45,077 bases of DNA, taken from NCBI GenBank assembly GCA_964351105.1, contig CAYGMC010000002.1, forward strand, positions 11,010-56,086, given 5' to 3'. This stretch comes from an uncultured Candidatus Saccharibacteria bacterium. GTDB taxonomy: Bacteria; Patescibacteriota; Minisyncoccia; Phycocordibacterales; UBA2100. A program made the position numbers and the translations under genes. Below, piece by piece: positions 1 through 8,326 of the stretch. The notes under the pieces are model-generated. The model searched no databases and was not told the DNA's origin. It saw only the letters and a program-made list of their open reading frames with translations. Each line of letters opens with the position of its first letter. Position 1 is the stretch's first letter.

Positions 1-2636
1 AACTCAACCCGCGCGACTGGACTCTGAGTAACATCGCGTACATGAAAAAGCAGATCAAATCTATGGGGACTTCCTTTGACTGGTCGCGCGAGGTCGTTAC
101 CTGCGATCCCGCATACTACAAATGGACGCAGTGGCTTTTTCTGCAATTTTTCAAAAAAGGCCTCGTATATCGTAGAGAGACGGCGGTCAATTGGTGTCCT
201 TCATGCAAGACGGTCTTGGCAAATGAGCAGGTGGTGGATGGTAAGTGTGAACGATGCAGTACCGAAGTAATGCAAAGGCAAATGCTCCAGTGGAATATCA
301 AAATCACCGATTACGCGGACAGACTCGTTGACGACCTCGATGCACTCGATTGGCCAGAGCAAATTAAGGAATCCCAGCGCAATTGGATCGGCCGGAGCGA
401 AGGCGCGGAGGTAGATTTCTTTTTGGATTTCGGCAGTGCAGAGACAAACGCTCGTGTAGATAGTGCGGGCAAAAAAGCTCATCTCACCGTGTTTACTACG
501 CGCATCGACACGCTCTACGGCGCCACGTATCTTGTATTGGCACCCGAGCATCCCCTCCTTCGCCAAAGCTTCGGAGGGCAAGCGTTTAGTGCCATTCTCC
601 AGAATAAAAATGAAGTCGAGGAGTATATCGAGCAAGCAAAAAAGAAAACAGAAATTGAGCGGCTGACGGAACAAAAAGACCCTTCCACGGGCTCGGGGCA
701 GGCAAAGACAGGAATTGAGGTGAAGGGCGTACAGGCGATTAATCCAGCAACCGGAGAAAAAATACCTTTGTATGTGGCGGATTATGTACTCGGTCATTAC
801 GGCACGGGAGCTGTGATGGGCGTGCCCGCGCACGATGAACGTGATTTTGAATTCGCCAAAAAATATAATGTTGAGATCAGGGGGGTACTCGAGCCGCTCA
901 CGGAGCGAGCGTCCGGATTCGACGCGGTGAAAGCGGGAGAATCTTTTCAAGATAGATACGCAGCGATGGCTATTGTTAAACACCCAACCGAAGACAAGTA
1001 TCTATGCCTTCGATGGCAAAAGAATGATTTGCGCGGATTTGTTTCTGGCGGCATTGAATCGGGCGAGACCGCTGAAGAGGCTGCGAGACGCGAGATAACC
1101 GAAGAGACGGGTTATAAAAATCCGCGCCTTGTTCGAGCACTCGGACAAGTACATACAAAATTTTATCGTGTCGATAAGGGTGGCAATTTGTTCGGGCATT
1201 TTCAGGGGTTTCTTTTTGAGCTGGAGGATGAAGAGTACGAAGAACCAAGCAAGGACGAACAACTAATACACAAGGCTGAATGGGTCGCTGTAGACGATGT
1301 AGAAAACTTTATCAGCCGCGACGACATGAAAATTTTATGGTCGAGAATAAACGGCGATAAACCGTATTCCGAGAAAGGAATTCTTGTGAACTCGAACGAT
1401 TTCAATGGACTTACAACCGATGAAGCGAAAATTGCACTCACCGAAAAATTTGGCCGCGTCAAAACGACCTACAAACTTCGTGATTGGATAGTCTCGCGCC
1501 AACGCTATTGGGGAGTACCGATTCCCATTATTCACTGCGAGAAATGCGGAGCTGTTGCTGTCGAAGATTCGGATTTGCCCGTAAAGCTCCCCGATGTCGA
1601 AGATTATCTCCCCGAAGGAAGTGGTAAATCACCGCTTGCCAAAGCAGAGAAGTGGGTGAGGGTGAAGTGTCCGCAGTGCAAGGGGGACGCCGAACGTGAG
1701 ACAGATACGCTTGATACATTTGTAGACTCTTCTTGGTATTTCTTGCGCTACACGGATCCCAAAAACGACACGCAATTTGCAGACGCGCAAAAGCTCGCTT
1801 CGTGGATGCCTGTCGATCTCTACTCGGGAGGGGCAGAACACACGACGATGCATGTGCTCTATAGTCGTTTTTGGCAGAAGGCGATGTATGATCTCGGGCT
1901 TGTAAAAGACACAGAGCCGTACCAACGACGCATGAATCGCTCTCTCATCATGGGGCCAGATGGACAAAAGATGTCGAAGTCGAAAGGTAACGTGATCGAT
2001 CCCGATGAAGTGGTAGAGCGGTTGGGGGCAGACACGGTGCGTATGTATCTTGCGTTTATCGGGCCCTACAGTGAAGTGTCCAGTTATCCGTGGAATCCTG
2101 ATGGGGTAGTGGGCGTACGCAGATTTCTTGAGCGCGTATGGCGGGCGCAAGACTACATGCTCGACACCGACGTGGACGAGCTCGGTACTATACTGCATCA
2201 GAGCATAAAAAAAGTAGGCGAAGACATCACGCAATTGAAATTCAACACAGCAATTGCACAGATGATGATATTTTTGAACAAACTCGAGAAAGTTAAAAAA
2301 ATAGGACAATCACAGTGGCAAGCGTTCTTAATACTGCTCGCACCCTTTGCGCCGCACATCGCGGAAGAATTGTGGCACGAGGGGGGTAATAAAAGTTCGG
2401 TACATATCCAAGCGTGGCCAGACTACGACCCCGCACTTCTCGTTGAAGATGAAATATCTATTGCTATTCAGATCAACGGAAAGACACGAGGAGAGATACG
2501 GGTCGCGGCTGGAGCAGACAAAGCAGAAATTGAGCAAGCGGCTCGGGAAGCGGTAGCAATGAAATTACAAGGAAAATCAGTAATCAGAACAATTTTGGTG
2601 CCCGGCCGCCTCGTCAATTTTGTTGTGGGGGAGTAA
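1..2636 (+). CDS. leuS: Leucine--tRNA ligase (class Ia), 5' end cut by the window edge; carries an in-frame Nudix-domain insertion
   Basis: The frame is open from nt 3 (..NPRDWTLSNIAYMKKQ..), so the ATG at 42 is internal. LeuRS hallmarks are present: the Zn knuckle CPSCKTVLANEQV..CERC, the CP1 editing motifs TVFTTRIDTLYGATYL and GTGAVMGVPAHDERDFEFA, YKLRDWIVSRQRYWGVPIPI, and the KMSKS loop (QKMSKSKGN). TAA stop at 2634-2636. Confidence 0.93.
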   Translation, partial: LNPRDWTLSNIAYMKKQIKSMGTSFDWSREVVTCDPAYYKWTQWLFLQFFKKGLVYRRETAVNWCPSCKTVLANEQVVDGKCERCSTEVMQRQMLQWNIKITDYADRLVDDLDALDWPEQIKESQRNWIGRSEGAEVDFFLDFGSAETNARVDSAGKKAHLTVFTTRIDTLYGATYLVLAPEHPLLRQSFGGQAFSAILQNKNEVEEYIEQAKKKTEIERLTEQKDPSTGSGQAKTGIEVKGVQAINPATGEKIPLYVADYVLGHYGTGAVMGVPAHDERDFEFAKKYNVEIRGVLEPLTERASGFDAVKAGESFQDRYAAMAIVKHPTEDKYLCLRWQKNDLRGFVSGGIESGETAEEAARREITEETGYKNPRLVRALGQVHTKFYRVDKGGNLFGHFQGFLFELEDEEYEEPSKDEQLIHKAEWVAVDDVENFISRDDMKILWSRINGDKPYSEKGILVNSNDFNGLTTDEAKIALTEKFGRVKTTYKLRDWIVSRQRYWGVPIPIIHCEKCGAVAVEDSDLPVKLPDVEDYLPEGSGKSPLAKAEKWVRVKCPQCKGDAERETDTLDTFVDSSWYFLRYTDPKNDTQFADAQKLASWMPVDLYSGGAEHTTMHVLYSRFWQKAMYDLGLVKDTEPYQRRMNRSLIMGPDGQKMSKSKGNVIDPDEVVERLGADTVRMYLAFIGPYSEVSSYPWNPDGVVGVRRFLERVWRAQDYMLDTDVDELGTILHQSIKKVGEDITQLKFNTAIAQMMIFLNKLEKVKKIGQSQWQAFLILLAPFAPHIAEELWHEGGNKSSVHIQAWPDYDPALLVEDEISIAIQINGKTRGEIRVAAGADKAEIEQAAREAVAMKLQGKSVIRTILVPGRLVNFVVGE
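897..1367 (+). other. Nudix hydrolase domain (~155 aa) inserted inside LeuRS
   Basis: A complete Nudix box Gx5Ex7REUxEExGU reads GGIESGETAEEAARREITEETGY at nt 1047-1115. It is in frame with leuS (ORF-track aa 336-358). It is flanked by the LeuRS segments ..AKKYNVEIRGVLEP and EKGILVNSNDFNGL... Confidence 0.8.
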
Positions 2637-4101
2637 CGCTCACACGCGTATCTGTCTCGGTGTCATCGAGCGTATATCCGCGTTTACTGATCTTCTGCCG
2701 TAATATATCTGCGGACTGCCAATCTTTCTTTTCACGCGCATGCGCTCTCTGTGTGAGCAATTCACGCACATCGGCGGGTATCTCCTCTTTTCGCAGTTCA
2801 ACTCTTGAAAGCGTGCGGGCTTGTATATCGGGTTCCTTGAGATTGAGCCCCATGATTTGATCAAAATCGAGCAAAGTTGCCAAGAGATTGCATGGTTCGA
2901 GGTGTGTGTCTTTGGTCATATCCCATAGAGTAGCAATTGCTCCGGGAGTATCGAGGTCGTCGTTGATATGCGAAATAAATCTCTTTCTCCATACGCGGCT
3001 CACCTTGCCTGATGAGTCACTGATAGAGAGTCGGAGTGCCACAAGTTTTGCGAACGCCGTTTGTGCGGCGGCAAGGGCTTCCCAACTAAAATTTGAATTG
3101 GTGCGGTAATGGGCACCAAGAAAAAGATATCGTAGTGCAAGTGGATGAAAGCCGCGCTCCAAAATTTCGGATAGATAGATCACGTTGCCTTGCGATTTGG
3201 CGATCTTTCCACCCTCGATCTGTATGTGTGCTCGATGCATCCAAAATCGCGACAGAGGTGCTTTTCCTGTGGCACTTTCGGACTGTGCAATTTCGTTGTT
3301 GTGATGGATAGGAATATGCTCAATACCGCCCGTGTGAATATCGATCTGCGTCCCCAGTGTGGCACGAATCATCGCCGAGCACTCGATATGCCATCCAGGG
3401 AAGCCTTTGCCCCAGGGGCTATCCCACCCCAGATGTGCGTCAAGTTTCCACAATATAAAATCAGTAGGGTTTCGCTTTTCGTGAGAGGCAGTCACTCGAG
3501 CACCTTCACGCAATCCGGTGAGGTTGATTCCACCGAGTCTGCCATAATCGGGGAATCGAGAGGTATCGAAATAGACACCATCAGAAATTTTGTAGGCGTA
3601 TCCTTTTTTCTCCAGCGTCTTAATCATTGCGATTTGTTCTGGAATATAATCACTGGCGCGCGGGAATTCTACGCGCTTTGTATTGATGTTGAGTTTAGCT
3701 AAGTCGGCAAGAAAAACAGTGGTGTATTTCTCCGCAAGAAGTCGCATGTTTTCAATGGTGAGTGCAAGGCCTTCTCGCTGCAAACCCAGTGTCATTCTGT
3801 CCTCACCGAGATCCGCATCGGAGCTCAAATGTCCCACATCGGTGATATTGACGGTTTGTTTGACTTCAAGTCCAGTGTATTCGAGTGTGCGGCGTAGAAT
3901 ATCGGCAAAAACAAACATCGATAGATTGCCGATGTGCTGTGTCGCGTACACGGTGGGTCCACAGTTGTACATGCGGACTTTTTTGCTCCCATGCTTTGCG
4001 CGAAAGACTTCTTTTTTTAGCGAAAGCGTATTATAAAAAATAGGTTGTGTGCGCCCTAAAATGTTGTCGAGAAAATCAAATAACCCCATATTTAAAGCCA
4101 T
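2614..4101 (-). CDS. cysS: Cysteine--tRNA ligase
   Basis: Contains MYNCGPTVYATQHIGN (HIGH-type motif with the Zn-binding Cys), WHIECSAM, and the KMSKS variant KIAKSQGN, plus a C-terminal anticodon-binding extension. The start could instead be the ATG at 4089 (MGLFDF..). Confidence 0.9.
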   Translation of the reverse strand: MALNMGLFDFLDNILGRTQPIFYNTLSLKKEVFRAKHGSKKVRMYNCGPTVYATQHIGNLSMFVFADILRRTLEYTGLEVKQTVNITDVGHLSSDADLGEDRMTLGLQREGLALTIENMRLLAEKYTTVFLADLAKLNINTKRVEFPRASDYIPEQIAMIKTLEKKGYAYKISDGVYFDTSRFPDYGRLGGINLTGLREGARVTASHEKRNPTDFILWKLDAHLGWDSPWGKGFPGWHIECSAMIRATLGTQIDIHTGGIEHIPIHHNNEIAQSESATGKAPLSRFWMHRAHIQIEGGKIAKSQGNVIYLSEILERGFHPLALRYLFLGAHYRTNSNFSWEALAAAQTAFAKLVALRLSISDSSGKVSRVWRKRFISHINDDLDTPGAIATLWDMTKDTHLEPCNLLATLLDFDQIMGLNLKEPDIQARTLSRVELRKEEIPADVRELLTQRAHAREKKDWQSADILRQKISKRGYTLDDTETDTRVSVTPPQQN

Positions 4102-5042
4102 TTATTATGCTTGAAGTACCACACCATCCCACTTCCTGCGGCGACAACAATGCCCACTATTATCCAAAATCCATACGGTAAGTCGGTGAGTGGATTTGAT
4201 TTGGAATTGATATCAAAAATGGTAACAAGAAGCGCAAGAGGGAAGGTGAGTAAAGCCATAATGGTGAGTATGCGCATGGTTTCGTTTTGCTTGGTCGTAA
4301 GGAGAGAATTGTTTGTCTCGCGAAGTTCATGCAAAAAGTCGGTCGCGCGTGTAATGTGATTGTGGACGCGATAATATTCGTTGGAAAGTCCGCGCAGATA
4401 TGGCAAGAATTCTGCGCCAAAAAAATCCGACCCGTTGTCTTCAATGATCTTTAGAATGTCGCGGTGCGGCTCTATCGTCTGACGAAGATTCAAGAGCCCG
4501 CGCGCGGCGCGAGATATGGCGGAAACCATTTCTACCTCGTGTCCTGAATAGATGTGCTCTTCGATGGTTATGAGTTCTCGACGAATAAAATCAAGTTCGT
4601 ATTCAATGGCTTTGTATAATTTTTTTACGGTAAAAAAGAAAAGGAAGCCTGCATGTTCGCCAAGACTGGTCGTTTCGAGCGTTGCGTTGACTTCGAAAAT
4701 TTTGGAAAATTTGTGGATCGGATCAATGGTGTCGTAGTGGGTGGTGATAAGAAAATTTTTGCCGACAATAAAATCAACCTCTTGCTCACGTGTAGCATGA
4801 GAGTGTTTGAGTGCGGGAAAATGCATCACGATATACGCATATTCTCCGTAGAACTCGGCACGTGGCTTGGAAGCGGGGAGGAGCAGTTCTTCGGCGATAG
4901 TTTCTGCAATACCAAACTCTTCTGCCATTGCTCGCACTTCGAGTCTGTTGGGCGATTCGAGATCAATCCACACCAAACCACCATATTCCTGTCGTGTACG
5001 CATAGGGGGCATTATAACGCATTCAAAACAGATATGCCGCAT
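4092..5042 (-). CDS. corA: CorA-family divalent cation channel with a non-canonical pore motif (F-D-I-N instead of Y-G-M-N)
   Basis: Long soluble N-terminal domain followed by two C-terminal TM helices. The segment ..NETMRILTIMALLTFPLALLVTIFDINSKSNP..WYFKHNKWL aligns with the CorA signature region ..LTIIATIFMPLTFIAGIYGMNF..YFKKKKWL. Alternative ATG starts at 5012 and 5003. Confidence 0.75.
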   Translation of the reverse strand: MRHICFECVIMPPMRTRQEYGGLVWIDLESPNRLEVRAMAEEFGIAETIAEELLLPASKPRAEFYGEYAYIVMHFPALKHSHATREQEVDFIVGKNFLITTHYDTIDPIHKFSKIFEVNATLETTSLGEHAGFLFFFTVKKLYKAIEYELDFIRRELITIEEHIYSGHEVEMVSAISRAARGLLNLRQTIEPHRDILKIIEDNGSDFFGAEFLPYLRGLSNEYYRVHNHITRATDFLHELRETNNSLLTTKQNETMRILTIMALLTFPLALLVTIFDINSKSNPLTDLPYGFWIIVGIVVAAGSGMVWYFKHNKWL

Positions 5043-5065
5043 TGTTTCCCCCTGCTCTATACCTC

Positions 5066-5074
5066 TGCTACAAT
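5066..5074 (+). promoter_or_regulatory. Extended -10 box TGCTACAAT, 6 nt upstream of the ctpA ATG (possible leaderless transcript)
   Basis: TGn + TACAAT lies at 5066-5074, followed by the spacer CCTGTG and the ATG at 5081. There is no Shine-Dalgarno sequence in between. Confidence 0.45.
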
Positions 5075-5080
5075 CCTGTG

Positions 5081-6349
5081 ATGCGTAGAGAAGAACGGAA
5101 TATTATTCTTTCCATTGCCACAACGATCGTGGGCTCTCTCTTTCTCATTGCCGTGGGCTTTGGCGGCGGCTTTTTTGTTTCAGCGCAACGAAGCGGGGGA
5201 GGTGATGTTCTTTCGGCACGCGCGTCTTCCCATGTTGATCTCGAGCCCTTGTGGAAAGCGTGGGATATTATCAACGAAAAATTTGTGCCAGCGAGCGTGG
5301 CCACTTCGTCGCCCCTTGCGACAACGACGGTCGTACAGAATCAAAGAAAAGTATACGGCATGATTGATGGGCTTGCCGCTTCACTCAACGATCCGTACAC
5401 ATTCTTTTTGCCACCCGTCGAGAACAAACGATTTGAATCCGAGATGAGCGGTAGTTTTGAAGGAGTCGGGATGGAGATAGAAGTTAAAAACGAGATTCTC
5501 ACCGTCGTTTCGCCACTCAAGGGGACACCTTCGGAGAGAGCTGGTATACGCAGTGGCGATCAAATTCTCAAGATTGATGGTGTGTCGACCGAAGGAATGG
5601 ATGCGAGTGATGCGGTAGGAAAAATCCGCGGTCCACGAGGGACAAAGGTCGATCTTTTTATCATGCGTGCCTCGTGGAGTGTCCCGCGCAGTATTAAAGT
5701 TACGCGAGATGTGATTAGCGTGCCCATCGTTATATCCACCGAACGTGATGATGGTATTTTCAACATTCAACTCACCACGTTTACCGCAAATTCACCCGAC
5801 TTATTCCGTAAGGCGCTCCGCCAGTTTGTTGAATCGGGCGGTAGCAGACTTATTGTGGATATGCGCGGCAACCCCGGTGGATATCTCGACGCGGCGGTGG
5901 ATATTGGGAGCTGGTTTTTGCCCGGCGGAGCCATTATTGTGACAGAAGATTATGCAGGTAAAGGACAAAATATCGTGCGCCGTTCTGCTGGGTACAATAT
6001 CTTTAATGAGAATCTAAAGATGGTCGTTCTTGTTGACCGAGGATCCGCTTCGGCATCTGAAATCCTCGCCCTCGCCCTCAAACATTACGGAGTGGCGACC
6101 ATCATCGGCACCAATACGTTTGGAAAAGGTTCTGTGCAGGAATTGGTGCAGATAACACCTGAAACATCACTGAAGATCACTGTCGCGCGTTGGCTTGGGC
6201 CAGATGGCGCGCAGATACCGCGCGAGGGAATTGCGCCCGATACGCGGGTGGACCTCACCGAAGCCGATCACACCGCACATAGAGATCCACAGCTCGATGC
6301 GGCGGTGCGATTGCTTGGGGGAGTAGTCGCAACATCGACCAGTAGGTAG
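5081..6349 (+). CDS. ctpA: Carboxy-terminal processing peptidase (S41 family) with a PDZ domain and an N-terminal membrane anchor
   Basis: Contains FEGVGMEI..GTPSERAGIRSGDQILKIDG (PDZ), VDMRGNPGGYL, and LVDRGSASASEILALALK (catalytic Ser region). The start is trimmed to the ATG at 5081 (MRREERN), which is preceded by TGCTACAAT. Confidence 0.88.
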   Translation: MRREERNIILSIATTIVGSLFLIAVGFGGGFFVSAQRSGGGDVLSARASSHVDLEPLWKAWDIINEKFVPASVATSSPLATTTVVQNQRKVYGMIDGLAASLNDPYTFFLPPVENKRFESEMSGSFEGVGMEIEVKNEILTVVSPLKGTPSERAGIRSGDQILKIDGVSTEGMDASDAVGKIRGPRGTKVDLFIMRASWSVPRSIKVTRDVISVPIVISTERDDGIFNIQLTTFTANSPDLFRKALRQFVESGGSRLIVDMRGNPGGYLDAAVDIGSWFLPGGAIIVTEDYAGKGQNIVRRSAGYNIFNENLKMVVLVDRGSASASEILALALKHYGVATIIGTNTFGKGSVQELVQITPETSLKITVARWLGPDGAQIPREGIAPDTRVDLTEADHTAHRDPQLDAAVRLLGGVVATSTSR

Positions 6350-6352
6350 CGT

Positions 6353-6805
6353 ATGAAAGTTGTACTACTGAAAGATCTCAAGGGTGTTGGGAAAAAGGAT
6401 ACCATCGTCGAATCTGCCGACGGATATGCGCTCAATTTTCTGATCCCTCAAGGTTTTGCCGTACAAGCGACTACTGAAAAGGTGGGCGCCGTGCAAAAAC
6501 GAGTAGAAGATGAGCGCACACAAAGCGAAGCAAAGAAAAAAGTATTGGCAGAAGATCTCAAAAAACTTGATGGTGCAACAATTACGCTCCATGCCCGTTG
6601 TAATGAGCATGGGCTACTCTTTCGCGGGATTCACGTAGATGAAGTGGTTGCAAAGATAGTCGAGCATGGCGCGCATATAACAGCGGGAATGCTTCACGAC
6701 GTATCGACGATCAAAAAAATCGGCGATTATCCGATACGTATCGTGGCAGGAGACGTTTCTGCGCGAGTTGTTATCGCCGTCCAGAGTCTCCAAACGAAAA
6801 ATTAA
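6353..6805 (+). CDS. rplI: 50S ribosomal protein L9
   Basis: [37 protein letters not shown] is a typical L9 N-terminus. Length is 150 aa. Confidence 0.9.
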   Translation: MKVVLLKDLKGVGKKDTIVESADGYALNFLIPQGFAVQATTEKVGAVQKRVEDERTQSEAKKKVLAEDLKKLDGATITLHARCNEHGLLFRGIHVDEVVAKIVEHGAHITAGMLHDVSTIKKIGDYPIRIVAGDVSARVVIAVQSLQTKN

Positions 6806-7074
6806 ACGACTTCAACGAGTCGGCGCACCGTGCGCCGACCGTCAAAATTGACTTTGCGAGTACTGCGGAAATGTACCGATCCGTTGGCGAGCGCGAAAAG
6901 AGTGTGGTCTTTGCCGACACCGACGTTTTTGCCAGCCATGATGGCTGTCCCGCGTTGGCGCACAATAATTTCCCCCGGGGCCACGTTTTGGCCGTCAGAG
7001 CGCTTCACACCGAGATATTTCGGGTTGGAGTCATTGAGATTATGGGCTGTTCCGCCTGCTTTTGTATGTGCCAT
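6802..7074 (-). CDS. rpmA: 50S ribosomal protein L27
   Basis: [43 protein letters not shown].. is canonical L27. The start is trimmed to the ATG at 7074. The 57-aa upstream extension in the ORF track has no L27 counterpart. Confidence 0.93.
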   Translation of the reverse strand: MAHTKAGGTAHNLNDSNPKYLGVKRSDGQNVAPGEIIVRQRGTAIMAGKNVGVGKDHTLFALANGSVHFRSTRKVNFDGRRTVRRLVEVV

Positions 7075-7083
7075 ACTGTATGC

Positions 7084-7449
7084 ATGAGTATAGCAGAACT
7101 CAAGATACATATCAAGGGTATCCTTGATGCGGGACTGCAAGACTGGGGGCTTTTCGGCGTCGTATTTCTTGTCGGAGCCATCTCCTTTGGGCTTGGTCGA
7201 ATATCTGTTCTTGAAGATGTTCGGCCGCCCGTAGCGCTCTCGCACGCACCTCGTGAGACCGCTCCGCGAGCTCTTTTTGTCGGAGGGCTTTATGTGGCGT
7301 CAAAAAGCGGGAGCACGTATTTCTATCCCTGGTGTAGTGGTGCCACTAAAATCGCAGTACAAAATAGAATTTGGTTTGCGGATGAGGCGGCGGCCCGTCG
7401 AGCGGGCTTTGGTCCTTCAAAAAGTTGCAAAGGTTTGGGCAATGAGTGA
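7084..7449 (+). CDS. Small membrane-anchored protein with a C-terminal Ada-N/'sunset'-like Cys motif
   Basis: One TM helix ([18 protein letters not shown]). The following segment [40 protein letters not shown] resembles the Y..P.C....I...N...F.S..EA...GFRPCK.C motif of the Ada N-terminal metal-binding domain. The 5' part of ORF 6871-7449 is antisense to rpmA and was trimmed to the ATG at 7084. Confidence 0.5.
   Translation: MSIAELKIHIKGILDAGLQDWGLFGVVFLVGAISFGLGRISVLEDVRPPVALSHAPRETAPRALFVGGLYVASKSGSTYFYPWCSGATKIAVQNRIWFADEAAARRAGFGPSKSCKGLGNE
7087..7095 (-). promoter_or_regulatory. Extended -10 box TGCTATACT, 12 nt upstream of the rpmA ATG
   Basis: The minus strand reads TGCTATACT-CATGCATACAGT-ATG. 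The box lies inside the first codons of the divergent gene that starts at 7084. Confidence 0.35.
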
Positions 7450-7456
7450 TTTAAGG

Positions 7457-7462
7457 TAGAAT
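7457..7462 (+). promoter_or_regulatory. -10-like TAGAAT, 6 nt upstream of the exonuclease ATG
   Basis: TAGAAT-GCAGAC-ATG(7469). Confidence 0.35.
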
Positions 7463-7468
7463 GCAGAC

Positions 7469-8062
7469 ATGATAGTTGTTGATGTAGAGGCATCCGGTAC
7501 GGAAGCCAAAAAACACTCTATGGTGAGTGTGGGAGCGATTGACTTGGCGAACCCGACTAATCGGTTTTATGAAGAGTGTCGCATATGGGATGGAGCACAC
7601 ATTATGGATGAGGCACTCGCGGTGTGTGGTTTTTCTCGCGCGGAAATAACAGATACCAAAAAGCAATCGGAAGCGGATCTTGTCCATGCTTTTCTCACAT
7701 GGAGTGAAGGTGTTGAAGAAAGGACTCTTGCGGGGCAGAATGTTTCTTTCGATCGGGATTTTCTTAAGGCGGGCGCGGAGCGCGCGGGACACACTGATTG
7801 GCCGTTTGCATATCGCACGATCGATACGCACACACTGTGCTATATGCACATAATCCAACGCGGAGAACAGCCCCCCGTGAGACACCGTCGCTCGGCACTA
7901 GATCTCGACGCAGTCCTCAATTATTGCGGCATACCAGATGAGCCGATGCCACACAATGCACTTACGGGTGCGCTCTCGCATGCAGAAGTCATTTCTCGAT
8001 TGCTGTACGGAAGAAAATTATTGCCCGAATTTATGGAATTTGAGATTCCGTGGAAAAAGTAA
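7469..8062 (+). CDS. DEDDh-type 3'-5' exonuclease (DnaQ/epsilon-like fold)
   Basis: Exo I MIVVDVEASG, Exo II GQNVSFDRDFL, and Exo III HNALTGALSHAEV (H-x4-D-like). Confidence 0.75.
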   Translation: MIVVDVEASGTEAKKHSMVSVGAIDLANPTNRFYEECRIWDGAHIMDEALAVCGFSRAEITDTKKQSEADLVHAFLTWSEGVEERTLAGQNVSFDRDFLKAGAERAGHTDWPFAYRTIDTHTLCYMHIIQRGEQPPVRHRRSALDLDAVLNYCGIPDEPMPHNALTGALSHAEVISRLLYGRKLLPEFMEFEIPWKK

Positions 8063-8247
8063 GTTGCACAGACCTATCCCCGATAGGGGAGGGCCAGCAA
8101 ATTTTTCACGACTGTTCTAACAGTAATTCCTAAATTTCAGAACCTCGAGCAAATTTTTTCATGGGGGACTTCTCTGAAGGGTATTGACATGACCGTGGTC
8201 TAATGTGAATAGGTGCGGTTGTAGTACAGGAGAGACGAGATATAACC

Positions 8248-8275
8248 GCGTCGCACAATATATCTTTTGCGACGC
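8248..8275. terminator. Perfect 8-bp stem hairpin (GCGTCGCA / TGCGACGC, 12-nt loop) in a convergent intergenic gap
   Basis: Arms at 8248-8255 and 8268-8275 are exact reverse complements. There is no clean U-tract on either strand. Confidence 0.3.
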
Positions 8276-8293
8276 ATATCACAACTAAATAAG

Positions 8294-8326
8294 GCCGGCC
8301 AGTTGGCTAAAAAAATTCTGGCCGGC
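8294..8326. terminator. Perfect 9-bp GC-rich stem hairpin (GCCGGCCAG / CTGGCCGGC, 15-nt A/T-rich loop)
   Basis: Arms at 8294-8302 and 8318-8326. On the minus strand the hairpin is followed by CTTATTTAGTTG. It could terminate the murG-gltX-M23 transcript, whose stop lies ~130 nt away. Confidence 0.4.

Noticed and set aside
6871-7083. 5' part of ORF 6871-7449 and the 57-aa extension of the L27 ORF (7075-7245)
   Set aside because: The two are antisense to each other. L27 starts at MAHTKAGG (7074). The plus-strand protein makes sense only from the ATG at 7084, where a TM helix and a Cys-motif domain follow.
8184-8206. TTGACA and TAATGT boxes in the long intergenic gap as a promoter for a small RNA
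   Set aside because: The spacer is only 11 nt, whereas sigma70 promoters need 16-18. The alternative -10 at the correct spacing (GAATAG) is poor. I did not call it a feature.
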